In this document: in pieces, positions 1 to 12,946 of the stretch
Layout: the number at the start of each line of letters is the position of its first letter
How positions within the stretch are numbered: the first letter of the stretch is position 1
Assembly: GCA_963789955.1 (NCBI GenBank)
Contig: CAWBMV010000034.1
Span: 864,001-928,000, forward strand
Length of the DNA stretch: 64,000 bases
Source of the DNA: an uncultured Candidatus Rokubacteria bacterium
Lineage (GTDB): Bacteria > Methylomirabilota > Methylomirabilia > Rokubacteriales > CSP1-6
Reading direction: 5' to 3'
The notes under the pieces: model-generated
Told to the model about the DNA's origin: nothing
Database searches by the model: none
The model's input: only the letters and a program-made list of their open reading frames with translations
Program-made: the position numbers and the translations under genes

Positions 1-1224
1 CTCGAGGCGGCCCGGGGAACGGCCACTCGTCTCGTGTTCGTCGGCGAGCCTTCGCGGGCGGCCTCCCCGGCGTCCGCCGACGTTCTGATGTTCGACGATC
101 TGCTCACCGCGGGGAACGCCTTTGTTCCTGCCGCGCCGCCGGGCGAGAACGATCTATCGCTGATCCTGTATACGTCGGGCACCACGGGTCGCCCGAAGGG
201 CGTGCCGCGCACGCACAAGAATCACTACGCGGGTGCGATGGCGCACGTGATCCAGTGCGGCTACGCCTGGGGTGAGCGGACCTTGGGCGTCATGCCGCTC
301 TATCACACGATGGGGATCCACGCGCTGACCAGCATGGCGGCGATCAACGGCTGCTTCGTCTGCCAGCCGGACTGGTCGAGCGCGGGCGCGCTCGAGCTGA
401 TCGCGAGCGAGCGGCTGACGGCGCTTTACCTGATTCCGACCTTGTTCTGGGAGCTGACGCACGCGCCCGAGCTGGCCCGGACCGATGTCTCGTCCGTGCG
501 CAAGCTCGCGTACGCGGGCGCGCCGATGCTGGCGCCGCTCACCGAGGCGTGCGCGAAGGCGTTCAGCCCCGACGTGTTCGTGAACCACTACGGCTCGACC
601 GAGATCTACACCTTCTCGATCCATCCGGACGTACGCGCCAAGCCGGGCTGCGCGGGGAGGCCTGGAATCCACTCGACGCTCCGGGTCGTTGCCGCCAGCG
701 CCGAGCGGAGGGTCGGGCCCGACGAGATCACCGCGCCGGGTGTCAAAGGTGAGATCATCGCGAGCCTCGAATCGGACGAGGCGTTCGCCGGGTACTGGAA
801 GCGTCCCGACGCCGACGCGAAGGCGCTGCGCGAGGGCTGGTACTTCACCGGCGACATGGGCTGGATCGACGCGGACGGCGATCTCTGGGTCGCCGGTCGC
901 GTCGACGACATGATCATCAGCGGGGGCGAGAACATCCATCCGGTCGAGGTCGAGGACGTGCTCGCCCGCCATGCCGATGTGAAGGACGTGGCGGTGATCG
1001 GCGAGCCCGACGAGAAGTGGGGCGAGCGCGTGGTCGCCTTCGTCGTCCCGGGCGGCGCGCTGACCGCGGAGACCCTCGACCATCACTGCCGGGCGAGCGG
1101 CGATCTCGCGAGCTTCAAGCGGCCGCGCCGCTTCGTGTTCGTCGCCGAGATCCCCAAGACGGCCTCGGGCAAGATACTGCGGCGACTGCTGCGCGACGGC
1201 CAGTACACGGAGGTGCGACCATGA
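1..1224 (+). CDS. AMP-dependent acyl/aryl-CoA ligase (5' end outside window)
   Basis: YTSGTTGRPKG, YGSTE, TGD, GRVDDMIISGGENIHPVEVE and PKTASGKI motifs; frame open from base 1. Confidence 0.93.
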   Translation, partial: LEAARGTATRLVFVGEPSRAASPASADVLMFDDLLTAGNAFVPAAPPGENDLSLILYTSGTTGRPKGVPRTHKNHYAGAMAHVIQCGYAWGERTLGVMPLYHTMGIHALTSMAAINGCFVCQPDWSSAGALELIASERLTALYLIPTLFWELTHAPELARTDVSSVRKLAYAGAPMLAPLTEACAKAFSPDVFVNHYGSTEIYTFSIHPDVRAKPGCAGRPGIHSTLRVVAASAERRVGPDEITAPGVKGEIIASLESDEAFAGYWKRPDADAKALREGWYFTGDMGWIDADGDLWVAGRVDDMIISGGENIHPVEVEDVLARHADVKDVAVIGEPDEKWGERVVAFVVPGGALTAETLDHHCRASGDLASFKRPRRFVFVAEIPKTASGKILRRLLRDGQYTEVRP

Positions 1225-1988
1225 GCGAGTTTCTCCGAGTCGAGCGCGCCGGGGCCGTGGCGACCATCTGGATCGATCGCCAGCCCCGGATGAACACGAT
1301 GACCGTCGCGATGCGGAATGAGTTTCCCGGCATCTTCGCGGGGCTCGAGGCCGACGAGACCGTGCGCGTGGTGGTGATCCGCGGGGCCGGCGGCAAGGCG
1401 TTCAGCGCCGGCGGCGACGTGTCCGAATTTCTTCAACAGGAGCCCGCCGACCTCGAGCTGTGGGGCGATACGCTCACGGCGGCCGAGCGGTGCCGGAAGC
1501 CCGTCATCGCCGCCATCGACGGGTATACGATGGGGGCCGGCCTCGAGCTGGCGGTCGCTTGCGACTTCCGGCTGGCCACGTTGCGATCGGAGTTCGCGTT
1601 CCCGGAAGTTCGGTTGGGCATGATCCCCGGGAGCGGCGGCACGCAGCGCGCGCTGCGGCTCATCGGCATGACGCGCGGCAAGCTCTTCATGATGACGGGC
1701 CAGCGGATCTCGGCCGAGCGCGCCGAGGCGTGGGGGCTGATCACCATGGCGGTGCCGAACGACAAGCTCGACGAGGCCGTGGCCGCGCTGGCCGGCGAGC
1801 TGGCCGATCGCGCGCCGCTCGCGCTCCGGACCTTGAAGATGGTGCTCAATCGCGGTGCCGAGGCGCCCCTCGAGACCGCGCTCGAGCTCGAGCGAAAAGC
1901 GTACGCGTGGCTCCGCTCCACGCACGACTACACCGAGGGCGTGACCGCGTTCCTCGAGAAGCGGCCGCCTCGCTACACGGGGAGGTAG
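1221..1988 (+). CDS. Enoyl-CoA hydratase/isomerase (crotonase family)
   Basis: FSAGGD, GAGLELAVACD and FPEVRLGMIPGSGGTQR motifs; ATGA overlap with the ligase. Confidence 0.93.
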   Translation: MSEFLRVERAGAVATIWIDRQPRMNTMTVAMRNEFPGIFAGLEADETVRVVVIRGAGGKAFSAGGDVSEFLQQEPADLELWGDTLTAAERCRKPVIAAIDGYTMGAGLELAVACDFRLATLRSEFAFPEVRLGMIPGSGGTQRALRLIGMTRGKLFMMTGQRISAERAEAWGLITMAVPNDKLDEAVAALAGELADRAPLALRTLKMVLNRGAEAPLETALELERKAYAWLRSTHDYTEGVTAFLEKRPPRYTGR

Positions 1989-1991
1989 ACG

Positions 1992-2999
1992 ATGGCTCGA
2001 TCCTCGTTCGGACTGATCCTGGCCAATCGCGCCGTCGTGCTCGGCGCCGTCAAGGTGCCGGACCTCCTCGACCTCACGGCGCAGGCCGAGCGCTCGGGCT
2101 TCTTCGATGCCGTGTGGGCCGGCGACAGTCTCCTGGCCAAGCCGCGTCTCGAGTCGGTCACCTTGCTCTCGGCGCTGGCGGCCGTGACGACCAAGCTGCG
2201 CCTGGGCGTCGGCTGCATGGCGACGTTCGTCCATCGCCATCCGGTGATGCTCGCGCATCAGTGGGCGAGCCTCGACGTGCTCTCGGGCGGGCGCAGTTTG
2301 CTCGCGGTGTGCCTGGGCGGACCGAGCGAGGCGAACGCGGCGCAGGCCGCCGAGCACACCGTCATGTCCATCCCGTCCTCCGAGCGCGTGGGACGCCTCG
2401 AGGAAGGGATCGTGGTGCTGCGAACGCTCTTCGGCGGTAAGAACGTCTCGCACCACGGCCGGTTCTACTCGTTCGACAACGTGACGCTCGAGCCAAGGCC
2501 GGTGCAGCAGCCGTGTCCCATCTGGATCGCGTCGAACCCGACCGGCCTCACCTGGAAGGGCGGTGCGTCGGCTTCCGAGGCAGTCATCGAGCGCTCGTTC
2601 CGGCGGATCGCGCGCTACGCCGACGGCTGGATGACGAACAAGCTCTCGCCGGACGAGTTCCGCAAGCAGTGGGCCCGCATCGGGACGATGGCGCGCGAGG
2701 AGGGCCGCGATCCGGCCAAGCTCGGCAGCGCGCTCTACCACAACATCAACATCAACGAGGACCGCCAGAAGGGGCTCGAGGAGACCAAGGCCTTCCTCGA
2801 CACGTATTACACGTCGAAGTTCTCGCGCGAGTTCGTCGAGCAGTGGACGATCGCGGGCGGTCCCAAGCAGTGCGTGGACGAGCTGCGCGCGTACTTCGCG
2901 GCCGGCGTCGGCCACATGGCGCTGCGGTTCGGATCCTGGGATCAGGTGGGCCAGTTCAAGCGCTTCCTCGGCGAGGTGGCGCCGGTGCTCGGCGGATGA
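1992..2999 (+). CDS. LLM-class flavin-dependent oxidoreductase
   Basis: AERSGFFDAVWAGDS, LSALAAVTTKLRLG, LDVLSGGR, PRPVQQPCPIWIA. Confidence 0.9.
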   Translation: MARSSFGLILANRAVVLGAVKVPDLLDLTAQAERSGFFDAVWAGDSLLAKPRLESVTLLSALAAVTTKLRLGVGCMATFVHRHPVMLAHQWASLDVLSGGRSLLAVCLGGPSEANAAQAAEHTVMSIPSSERVGRLEEGIVVLRTLFGGKNVSHHGRFYSFDNVTLEPRPVQQPCPIWIASNPTGLTWKGGASASEAVIERSFRRIARYADGWMTNKLSPDEFRKQWARIGTMAREEGRDPAKLGSALYHNININEDRQKGLEETKAFLDTYYTSKFSREFVEQWTIAGGPKQCVDELRAYFAAGVGHMALRFGSWDQVGQFKRFLGEVAPVLGG

Positions 3000-3677
3000 C
3001 CCTTTCGGGTGAGCTTCTGATCCGCCTGGTCGTCGGAACGGTGCTCGGCGGCGTCATCGGCTACGAGCGGAACGTCCACGGTCGGCCGGCAGGATTCAGG
3101 ACGCACCTCATCGTCGCGCTGGCGTCGACGACGTTCATGCTCGTGTCGACGCACTTCGTCTACTTCCAGCACTACACGAAGGACGATCTCGTCACCGTCG
3201 ACACCTCGCGTATCGCTGCGTCGGTCGTCACCGGAATCGGATTCCTCGGGCGGCGGCGCGATCCTCCGGACCGGTGTCGGCGTCCAGGGGCTGACGACAG
3301 CGGCCGGCCTCTGGCTGGTGGCGGCGATCGGGCTGTCCGCCGGCGCGGGCATGTACGTCGTGAGCGTCGCTGCTACCGTGGTCGGCGTGGTGGCGCTGGC
3401 GCTCCTGCGCCGCTTCGAGCACAAGGACGAACGGCTGGTGCGCCGCAAGATCTCCCTCGTCGTCACCGAGGCCGGGCCCTCGGTGCCCGCGCTCCTCGAT
3501 GCCCTCGCCGGCGTCGGGGTCGTCGTGGCGCCGGCCGACTACGATCGGCGTGCGGAAGAGAACCGCGTGCACGTGACGTTCCAGGCGCAGGTGCCCGTCG
3601 CGGGAAGCGAGCGTCTGGTCGGGCTGCTCGAATCGCAGCCCGGCCTCGAGCACGTGAGGGTCGAGCCGATCGCGTGA
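2996..3677 (+). CDS. mgtC: MgtC/SapB family membrane protein (frameshift near 3250)
   Basis: IGYERNVHGRPAGFRTH, RIAASVVTGIGFLG, then in a shifted frame GLTTAAGLWLVAAIG and a C-terminal ACT-like region. Confidence 0.85.
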
Positions 3678-3715
3678 GCGCCGATGCGGCGCGCGAGGAC
3701 AAGGAGGCCGGGTCG

Positions 3716-5206
3716 ATGAGCTTCGTCGACATGCGCGAGTGGATCGCACGGCTCGACAAGGAAGGCGAGCTACGACGCATCACCGCCGAGGTGAGCTGGG
3801 ACCGGGAGCTCGGCGCCATCGCGCGCCGGGTGCTGGAGAAGAAAGGGCCGGCGCTGCTCTTCGAGCGCATCAAGGGCTACGAGACCGGGCGCTGTACGAA
3901 GGTCTTCGTGAGCGGACTCGGCAGTGTCGGGCGGCTGGCGCTGTCGCTGGGCTTCCCCAAGGATGCGTCGAATCGCGACCTGGTTCAGCACGTCATGAAG
4001 CTGAATCGTCAGACCATCGCCCCGACGATCGTCGCGACCGGGCCCGTCAAGGACGTCGTCGTCCGCGGCAAGGACGTCGACCAGACCGAGTTTCCGGTCC
4101 CGAAGTGGCACTACCTCGAAGGCGGACGCTACATCCACACGTTCTCCGGCGTCGTGACGCGCGACCCGGAGACGCGCGCGATGAACGTCGGCATCTATCG
4201 CGGCATGATCGGCAAGAAGAACACCGCGCCGTTCCTGCTCATCAAGGGCGGCCAGCACTGGGGCCAGCACTTCTTGAAATACTCCGCCCGCGGCGAGCCG
4301 ATGCCCGTCGCCTGCGTCATCGGCTGGGACCCGATCATGCCGTTCCTGGCGGGCTCGCCGATCCCGACCGGCGTGTGCGAATGGGATGTGATGGGCGCCT
4401 ATCGCGGCGAGCCTGCCGAGCTGGTCCGCTGCGAGACCGTCGACCTCGAGGTTCCGGCCAGCGCCGAGATCGTGATCGAGGGGTTCATCAGCGACGATCC
4501 GGCGACGTACGAGTCCGAGGGGCCGTTCGGCGAGTTCACCGGCTACGTCTCCGACGTGCCGACGCCGCGCCCCACGATGCAGGTGACGTGCATCACGCAC
4601 CGTCGCGATCCGATCTTCCGCGGCTGCCTCGAGGGCACGTTGCCCGGCTCGTACAGCGAGAACAGCGTGATGTCGTCCGTCCAGCGCGCGGCGATCGCGT
4701 GGAACATCCTGACGGCCGCCGGGATTCCCGGGGTGCGCGACGTGTTCGTGCCGCCGATCACGAACGGCGTGAACATCGTGGTCCAGATCAAGAAGGCCTA
4801 TCAGGGTCAGCCCAAGCAGATCGCGGCCGCGCTGTGGGGCTCCAGCGCCGCGCAGTACCGCTACAAGAACGTCACCGTCGTCGAGGAGGATATCGATCCG
4901 GCCTCGTACGAGCAGGTCGACTGGGCGTTCGCGCATCGGGTCAACGCCGGCGAGGACGGCCTCGTCATCTTCCCGGGTATCTTCGGCTCGCCGATCGACC
5001 CGAGCACCCCGCCCGAGGATCGCGACGTCGCGCGGCTCGGCACCGGGCTCTGGAATCGCGTCCTGATCGACGCCACGCGCTCATGGAAGCTCGAGCGCCG
5101 CGCCGAGTGGGGCGGCGAACGCTTCCCGCCCACGGTGCGCCCGGCGGCGGAGGACGAGGCGAAGGTGCGGGCGCGCTGGGAAGAGCTCGGGCTCGGCGAC
5201 CTCTGA
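3716..5206 (+). CDS. UbiD family (prFMN-dependent) decarboxylase
   Basis: DMREWIARLDKEGEL N-terminus, NVGIYR, VPASAEIVIEG, EGPFGEFTGY; AAGGAGG RBS. Confidence 0.92.
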   Translation: MSFVDMREWIARLDKEGELRRITAEVSWDRELGAIARRVLEKKGPALLFERIKGYETGRCTKVFVSGLGSVGRLALSLGFPKDASNRDLVQHVMKLNRQTIAPTIVATGPVKDVVVRGKDVDQTEFPVPKWHYLEGGRYIHTFSGVVTRDPETRAMNVGIYRGMIGKKNTAPFLLIKGGQHWGQHFLKYSARGEPMPVACVIGWDPIMPFLAGSPIPTGVCEWDVMGAYRGEPAELVRCETVDLEVPASAEIVIEGFISDDPATYESEGPFGEFTGYVSDVPTPRPTMQVTCITHRRDPIFRGCLEGTLPGSYSENSVMSSVQRAAIAWNILTAAGIPGVRDVFVPPITNGVNIVVQIKKAYQGQPKQIAAALWGSSAAQYRYKNVTVVEEDIDPASYEQVDWAFAHRVNAGEDGLVIFPGIFGSPIDPSTPPEDRDVARLGTGLWNRVLIDATRSWKLERRAEWGGERFPPTVRPAAEDEAKVRARWEELGLGDL

Positions 5207-5207
5207 G

Positions 5208-6326
5208 ATGAAGATCACCGAGATCCGCGCGATCCCGCTCGCGGTCCCGCTCCAGCAGGTCGGCCCGCCGTCGTCGTGGGCCGGCGGGGCCGGCAAGCAG
5301 ATCCTCGTTCGTGCCGCGACCGACGACGGGCTGATCGGCTGGGGCGAGGCCTTCGCCTATGGCGCGACGGAGGCGGTGTGTCACGTCATCGACGACGCGC
5401 TGGCGCCGATCGCCCGCGGGCAGGACCCGACACAGATCGAGAGCCTCGTCGATCGCATGCACCGCGCGCTGATGATCTGGGGCCGCCGCGGCCTCGCGAT
5501 GATGGCGGTGAGCGGCGTGGAGCTGGCGCTCTGGGATCTGGTCGGCAAGGCGCGCAGGCGCTCCGGTCTACGAGCTCCTCGGCGGCCTCTGCCAGTCGCG
5601 GCTCCGCGTGTACGCGAGCCTCCTTCGCTACGACACGCCGAGCCAGGTGGGACAGGCCGTCACCGGCGCGCTGGCCGCTCGGCCACACCGCCGTCAAGCT
5701 CCATCAGATCGACGTGGAGTCGGTCGTCGTGGCCCGCGAGGTCGCTGGGGACGACGTGGACATCATGCTCGACACGAACTGTCCGTGGTCGGTCGAGGAC
5801 GCGATCCGGATCGGACGACAGCTCGAGCGCTTCGATCTGCGCTGGCTCGAGGAGCCCGTGTGGCCGCCGGAAGACTATGCGGGTCTCGCACGCGTTCGGG
5901 CCGCGCTGCGCATCCCGATCGCGTGCGGCGAGAACGACGCGACGGTGTTCGGATTCCGTGAGCTGATCGCGCACGGCGCGGCCGACGTCGTGCAGCCGAG
6001 CGTGACGAAGGTCGGCGGGCTCCTCGAGATGAAGAAGATCGCGGTGCTCGCGGCCGCCGCGAACGTCACGCTGGTTCCGCACGCGTTCTACTACGGCCCC
6101 GGGCTCGCGGCGAGCCTGCACTTCGCCGCCGCGACACCCGGCGATCCCGTACGTCGAGTTCCCCGGCACGCCGCTCGTGACCTCGCTCACCGCCGAGCCG
6201 ATCCGTTCGAGCGGCGGCACCGTCAATGTCCCCGACCGGCCGGGCCTCGGCGCCGATCCCGACCCGGGCCTGCTCTCGCGCTATCCGTATCAAGCCGCCG
6301 CGGCACGGCCGTTCTATCTGACGTGA
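5208..6326 (+). CDS. Mandelate racemase/muconate lactonizing enzyme family (several frameshifts)
   Basis: MKITEI, GLIGWGE, ELALWDLVGK, AVKLH, MLDTN, WLEEP, IACGEN, QPSVTKVGG, PDRPGLG across frames. Confidence 0.88.
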
Positions 6327-6793
6327 GCATCGACATCGTCCGCGCGACGTCGGCCGAGCAGATCGCCACGGCGCGGATGCTCTTCAAGGAGTACGAAGCC
6401 TCGCTCGGGATCGAGCTGACGTTTCAGGGCTTCGCGCGCGAGGTCGCGGAGCTTCCGGGGGCGTACACTCCACCCGCGGGTCGCCTGTTCCTGGCGACCG
6501 ACGGCACCGAGCCCGCCGGCTGCGTGGCACTCCGACCGCTCGGCGACGGCGTCTGCGAGATGAAGCGCCTCTACGTCCGACCGACCGCGCGCGGGCGCGC
6601 GCCTCGGACGCCGGCTGGCCGAGACCGTGATCCGCGAAGCGCGCGCGATCGGCTACACGCGCATGCGGCTCGACACTCTGCCGTCGATGAAGGAAGCGTT
6701 TGCGCTCTACCAGACGCTCGGCTTCCGCGAGATCGCGCCCTACTATGAGAATCCCGATCGTCGGGACCCGCTTCATGGAGCTCGGACCTGTAG
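6323..6793 (+). CDS. GNAT family N-acetyltransferase (frameshifted)
   Basis: [22 protein letters not shown], then [25 protein letters not shown]. Confidence 0.87.
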
Positions 6794-6812
6794 GGCGTAT
6801 ACTGCCTCGGCC

Positions 6813-8156
<1,344 letters not shown>

Positions 8157-8160
<4 letters not shown>

Positions 8161-9404
8161 CCGCGCCGCGCAAGCGGACCGCGCCGCCGCGCCGACGCGA
8201 CGGAGTGCCGCCGCCCACGCCCCCGGACACGCCGGGCCCGAGCACGCTCGCCGTGCACGCGGGCGAGCCGCGCCAGAAGCCGGGCAACGCGCTCACCACG
8301 CCGATCATGCAGACGGCGACCTACACCTTCGCCGACACCCAGGAGCTGCGGGACCACTTCGACGGCACGATCGAGCGGGACGAGTACGGGCGCTACGGCA
8401 ACCCGACCCAGCGCATCGCCGAGCCGAAGCTCGCCGCTCTCGAGGGCGCCGGAGACTGCCTCCTGGTCGCGAGCGGCATGGCCGCGATCACGACGACCTG
8501 TTCGCGATGCTCTCGCGGGGCGCTCACGTCGTGGTCACCGACGACACGTACCGCCGGACGCGGCAGTTCCTGAACCAGACCCTCCACCGTTACGGGATCG
8601 AGTGCTCGACGGTGCCGGCCGGCGACTACGACGCGCATCGAGGACGCGATCCGGCCGACGACGCGCATGCTCCTCAGCGAGTCGCCGACCAACCCGTACA
8701 ACCGCATGCTCGATCTCGAGCGCTTCGCCGAGATCGGGCGCCGGCATCGGGTGAAGACGGTCATCGACGCAACCTTCGCCACGCCGTACAACCAGCGACC
8801 GCTCGAGTAGGGCGTCGACGTCGTCGTCCACTCCGCCACGAAGTTCCTGGGCGGCCACAACGATCTCATGGCCGGCGCGGTCCTTGGCTCCCGCGACATC
8901 GTGGACGCGATGCGGGCGCTCCAGGGCGTCACCGGCGCGGTGGTCAGCCCCTTCGTGGCCTATCTCCTGGTCCGCGGCCTGAAGACCTTCGCGCTGCGTA
9001 TCGAGCGACACAATGCGACCGCCCAGGCGATGGCGGAGTTCCTCGCCGCCCATCCCCGCGTGGAGCGCGTGCACTACGCCGGGCTGGCGAGTCACCCCGA
9101 GCACGACGTGGCCAAGCGGCAGATGCGGGGCTTCGGCGGCGTCGTCTCGTTCGAGGTGCGTGGCGACCTCGTCGCGGCCTCACGGGTCGTCGACAGCTGC
9201 CGCATTCCCTGCATCGCGCCGTCGCTCGGCGGCGTCGAGAGCCTCATCGAGCAGCCCGCCATCATGAGCTTCTACGAGCTCACCACCGAGGAACGGCTCG
9301 CGGTCGGCATCAAGGACAACCTGATCCGCTACTCCGTCGGCATCGAGGACGCCGCCGACCTCATCGCCGATCTCGCCCAGGCCCTCGACCGGGCGTTCGC
9401 GTAG
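8157..9404 (+). CDS. metB: Cystathionine gamma-synthase / Cys-Met PLP enzyme (frameshifts; in-frame TAG at 8808)
   Basis: [54 protein letters not shown]. Confidence 0.85.
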
Positions 9405-9418
9405 TCGGGCGCTGCGCC

Positions 9419-9967
9419 TTGCCGTCCAGCACTCCCGTCCTCATCCTGCCCGGCTACGGCGATTCCGGGCCGGACCATTGGCAAAGTCACTGGGAGCGCG
9501 CCGATCCCGCGTTTCGTCGAGTGATCCAGGACGACTGGCTACTCCCCAAGCTGGCGGACTGGGTCGTGCGTCTCGAGGAAGCGGTGGCGGCCTGCGCGAC
9601 GCCGCCCGTGCTCGCGGCCCACAGCCTCGCCTGCTCGCTGGTTGCGCACTGGGCGACCCGTCCGGCTGCCCGCGCGGCCGGCGCGCTGCTCGTCGCGCCG
9701 GCCGACGTCGATTCGCCGGCGCACACTGCGGACGAGGTCCGCAACTTCAGCCCCGTCCCGCTGGTCCCGCTGCCGTTTCCCAGCATCGTCGCGGCGAGTA
9801 CCGACGATCCCTTCGTGACGCCGGCCCGAGCCGCCGCGTTCGCCCGCGCCTGGGGAAGCCGGCTCGTCACCTTCGAGGGCGCCGGTCACCTGAACGCCGA
9901 CGCCGGCTTCGGCCCCTGGCCCGAAGGGCGGCGGCTCCTCGCCGCGCTGACGAAGCGCGAAAGCTGA
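9419..9967 (+). CDS. RBBP9/YdeN family alpha/beta hydrolase
   Basis: LPGYGDSGPDHWQSHW, AHSLAC nucleophile elbow, ASTDDP, GHLNADAGFGPW. Confidence 0.88.
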   Translation: MPSSTPVLILPGYGDSGPDHWQSHWERADPAFRRVIQDDWLLPKLADWVVRLEEAVAACATPPVLAAHSLACSLVAHWATRPAARAAGALLVAPADVDSPAHTADEVRNFSPVPLVPLPFPSIVAASTDDPFVTPARAAAFARAWGSRLVTFEGAGHLNADAGFGPWPEGRRLLAALTKRES

Positions 9968-11171
9968 CTACGCGCGGGCAGGTTCGGCGACCGAGGAGCG
10001 CAGGACGAGGCAGAGCGGAATCGTCGTCAGCACCAGCGCCGAGACCACGACGAGCGTCGTCGAAACGCCGGCGAGGTCGCTGAGCAGGCCGTAGACCGAG
10101 GGCGCCAGCGCGGACGACATGATCGTCACCGTGTAGTAGAGGCCGTACGCGCGCGAGCGGCGGTCCGCGGCGACGAGGTCGGCGACGGTCCCGTAGAGCA
10201 CCGACGACGTTCCGTTCAGCGCCACGCCCATGAGCGGCAGGATCGCCAGCGCGACGGGCAGCGGCGACGGGATCAGCGCCAGGATCCCCAGCGCCGTCGC
10301 CGTCTCGGTGAGGACGACCGTGCGGATGACGCCGAGCCGCTCGGCCACCAGGCCGCAGGCGAACTTGCCGACGGCGCCGCCTGCGAACAGCAGCGCCAGC
10401 GCGGTGCCGACGCCGGCCACGCGACGAGCCCTTGCGCGATCAGCGCGAAGGGCAGGAACGTGAGGAATCCGGTGCGCGTCGCGTTGTCGATCATCCCGAT
10501 CGCGGTCAGCGCCTGGAAGCCGCGCAGGTCGCGGATTCCCCAGCCCGACTGGCCCGTGGCAGGTGCCCTCGGCCGATCGTCGACCGCCGGCTCCGACTGC
10601 GCGGACGGTGAGTCGCGCCAGGACACCAAGAATCGCGGCCGCCGCCACGAGACCGATCACGCCATAGGCGGCCGCGGCGGTGCGCCAGCCGACGCACGAG
10701 CGCGGCGAAGGCGACCGCGGCCGGCACCGCCACCTTGCCGAGATCGCCGGAGAAGTTGTAGGTCCCGAGCGCCGCGCGCCGCGGGCCCGTCTCGTACGCC
10801 TTCGAGACGAGCGAGGACGACAGCGGGATGCTGCACGCCCGAGCCGAGCCCGGCGACCAGCAGCACCAGCCAGCAGCGACAGGAAGCCGCCGACCATTCC
10901 GGCCGGCGATGAATCCGCACGCGGTGACCGCGCGTGCCCGCGGCGAGCAGGCGCCGCTCGCCCCAGCGCTCGGCGAGCAGTCCCGCCGGAATCTGGAACG
11001 CCGCCATGCCGCCCGCTGTACGCGGTGCGGATGATCCCGACCTGCGCGAAGGTCAGCGCGGAACTCGCTCGCCCAGATCGGCAGGAGCACGTAGAGGATG
11101 TCCGAGAATCCGTCGTGGACGAAGTGGATGCTGCAGGCGGCCGCGAGCACCGCGCGCGCGCGCGATTTCAC
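9968..11171 (-). CDS. MFS transporter, Fsr-like (many frameshifts)
   Basis: HFVHDG, QIPAGLLAERWG, GSGVQHP, YNFSGDLGK, GLVAERLG; multiple hydrophobic helices. Confidence 0.85.
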
Positions 11172-11242
11172 GCCTCGATCATCCCCGAGCGGCCCGCCGC
11201 GTTCAAGTAGAATACCGTCAGCACGGTCAGGGGAGGGGCTCC

Positions 11243-11863
11243 ATGCCGATCAGCATCACGCGCGTCTACACTCGCACCGGCGACACAGGCGAGACCTCGC
11301 TGGTCGGCGGCAAGCGGATCCCGAAGGACTCGCCGCGGATCGTCGCCTATGGCACCGTCGACGAGCTGAACGCCGTCGTCGGCCTCGTGCGGGTCTTCAA
11401 CGCCGAGCGGCTCGACGAAGGCGAGCGGCATCGCTGGCTCGACGAGGTCCTGAGAAAGATCCAGAATCAGCTCTTCGACCTGGGGAGCGAGCTGGCCACG
11501 CCGCCCGACGCCGCCTACGACGGGATGTTCCGGGTCGGCGAGGGTGAGGTGAAGGAGCTCGAGGCGCTGATGGACCGCTGCCAGAAAGATTTGCCGCCGC
11601 TCAAGTCGTTCGTCCTGCCCGGCGGCGGTCGCATCAACGGATTTCTCCACCAGGCGCGCACCGTGTGCCGCCGCGCCGAGCGCGAGCTCCTGGCGCTCTC
11701 CCGCCAGGAGCCGATCGGCGAGTGGCCGCTCCGCTTCCTGAATCGCCTGAGCGATGTGTTCTTCGTGCTGGGCCGCTGGGTCGGCAAGCACCTGGGTGAG
11801 CAGGAATATCTCTGGGAGCGGGGGCTGTCGAGCCACGCGCGTCCGAGAAAGGCACGCTCATGA
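11243..11863 (+). CDS. pduO: PduO-type ATP:cob(I)alamin adenosyltransferase
   Basis: RVYTRTGDTGETSL, YGTVDELN, FVLPGG, RTVCRRAER, LNRLSD. Confidence 0.93.
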   Translation: MPISITRVYTRTGDTGETSLVGGKRIPKDSPRIVAYGTVDELNAVVGLVRVFNAERLDEGERHRWLDEVLRKIQNQLFDLGSELATPPDAAYDGMFRVGEGEVKELEALMDRCQKDLPPLKSFVLPGGGRINGFLHQARTVCRRAERELLALSRQEPIGEWPLRFLNRLSDVFFVLGRWVGKHLGEQEYLWERGLSSHARPRKARS

Positions 11864-12946
11864 AATTCGGACTCTTCTACGAGCTGTCCGTCCCGCGTCC
11901 GTGGACCCGCGAGTCGGAGCGGACCGTCTACGACAACGCCCTCGAGCAGGTGAAGCTCGCCGACGAGCTCGGCTTCGATCAGGTGTGGGCGGTCGAGCAC
12001 CATTTCCTGGAGGAGTACTCGCACTGTCCCGCGCCGGAGCTGTTCCTGACCGCGTGCGCGATGGTGACGAAGCGGATCCGGGTCGGGTTCGGCATCGTCG
12101 TGTGCGTGCCGGAGTTCAATCATCCGATCAAGATCGCCGAGCGGACCGCGGTGCTCGACATCCTCTCGGGCGGGCGCGTCGAGGTCGGCACGGGCCGCTC
12201 GGCGACGTGGACCGAGCTGGCGGGCTTCAACGCGAGCCCGGACGTCACCAAGAAGAGCTGGGACGAGTTCGTCCGGTGCCTGCCGAAGATGTGGACGTCG
12301 GAGAAGTTCGAGTTCGAGGGGGAGTTCTGGTCGATGCCGCGGAGGACCATCCTGCCGAAGGTGTACCAGCGCCCGCATCCGCCGATGTGGGTGGCGGTGA
12401 CGAGCCCGGGCACCGAGCTCGATGCCGCCGACCGGGGGCTCGGAAGCCTCGGCCTCACGTTCGGCCAGTTCGCCGAGCAGGAGAAGCGCATCGCCGAGTA
12501 TCGCCGGCGCATCCAGCTCTGCGAGCCCGTCGGGGAGTTCGTCAACGACCAGGTCTCGACCGTCAACTTCCTCTACTGCCACGAGGACGACGCTGTCGCG
12601 CTCCAGACCGGACGGCAGATGGCGAACCACTTCAACTACCTCGCGGCGCAGCTCATCTCGGTGCGCGAGACCTATCCGTCCAAGTCGTACCCGTCGCTCG
12701 GGTTGTTGCCGCAGCTGCGCCGCCAGGCGACCGGCCCGGAGGCGTCCGAGCAGGCCGGCGAGGGGCTGTGCCTCGGGCGGCCCGGAGCGCATCACGCGCG
12801 CGCTCCGGCGCTGGGAAGCGTGCGGGGTCGACCGCGTGAATTTCCTGCTCAACACCGCGGAGACGATCCCGCAGGCCGACGTGCTCGCGAGTCTCCGGCT
12901 TTTCGCTCGCGAAGTCATGCCCGCGTTCAACGGGAGCAAGTCCTGA
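11860..12946 (+). CDS. LLM-class flavin-dependent oxidoreductase (frameshift near 12775)
   Basis: MKFGLFYE, WAVEHHFLEEYSH, LDILSGGRVEVGTGR; C-terminus SLRLFAREVMPAF in a shifted frame. Confidence 0.9.

Noticed and set aside
2513..5206. 897-aa ORF as an MgtC-UbiD fusion
   Set aside because: MgtC continues in another frame to its own stop at 3677, and UbiD has its own RBS and ATG at 3716.
8808..8810. In-frame TAG in metB as possible pyrrolysine or readthrough
   Set aside because: No pyl genes in the window, the site is not catalytic, and the gene also has indels; a base-call error (TGG or TAC) is simpler.
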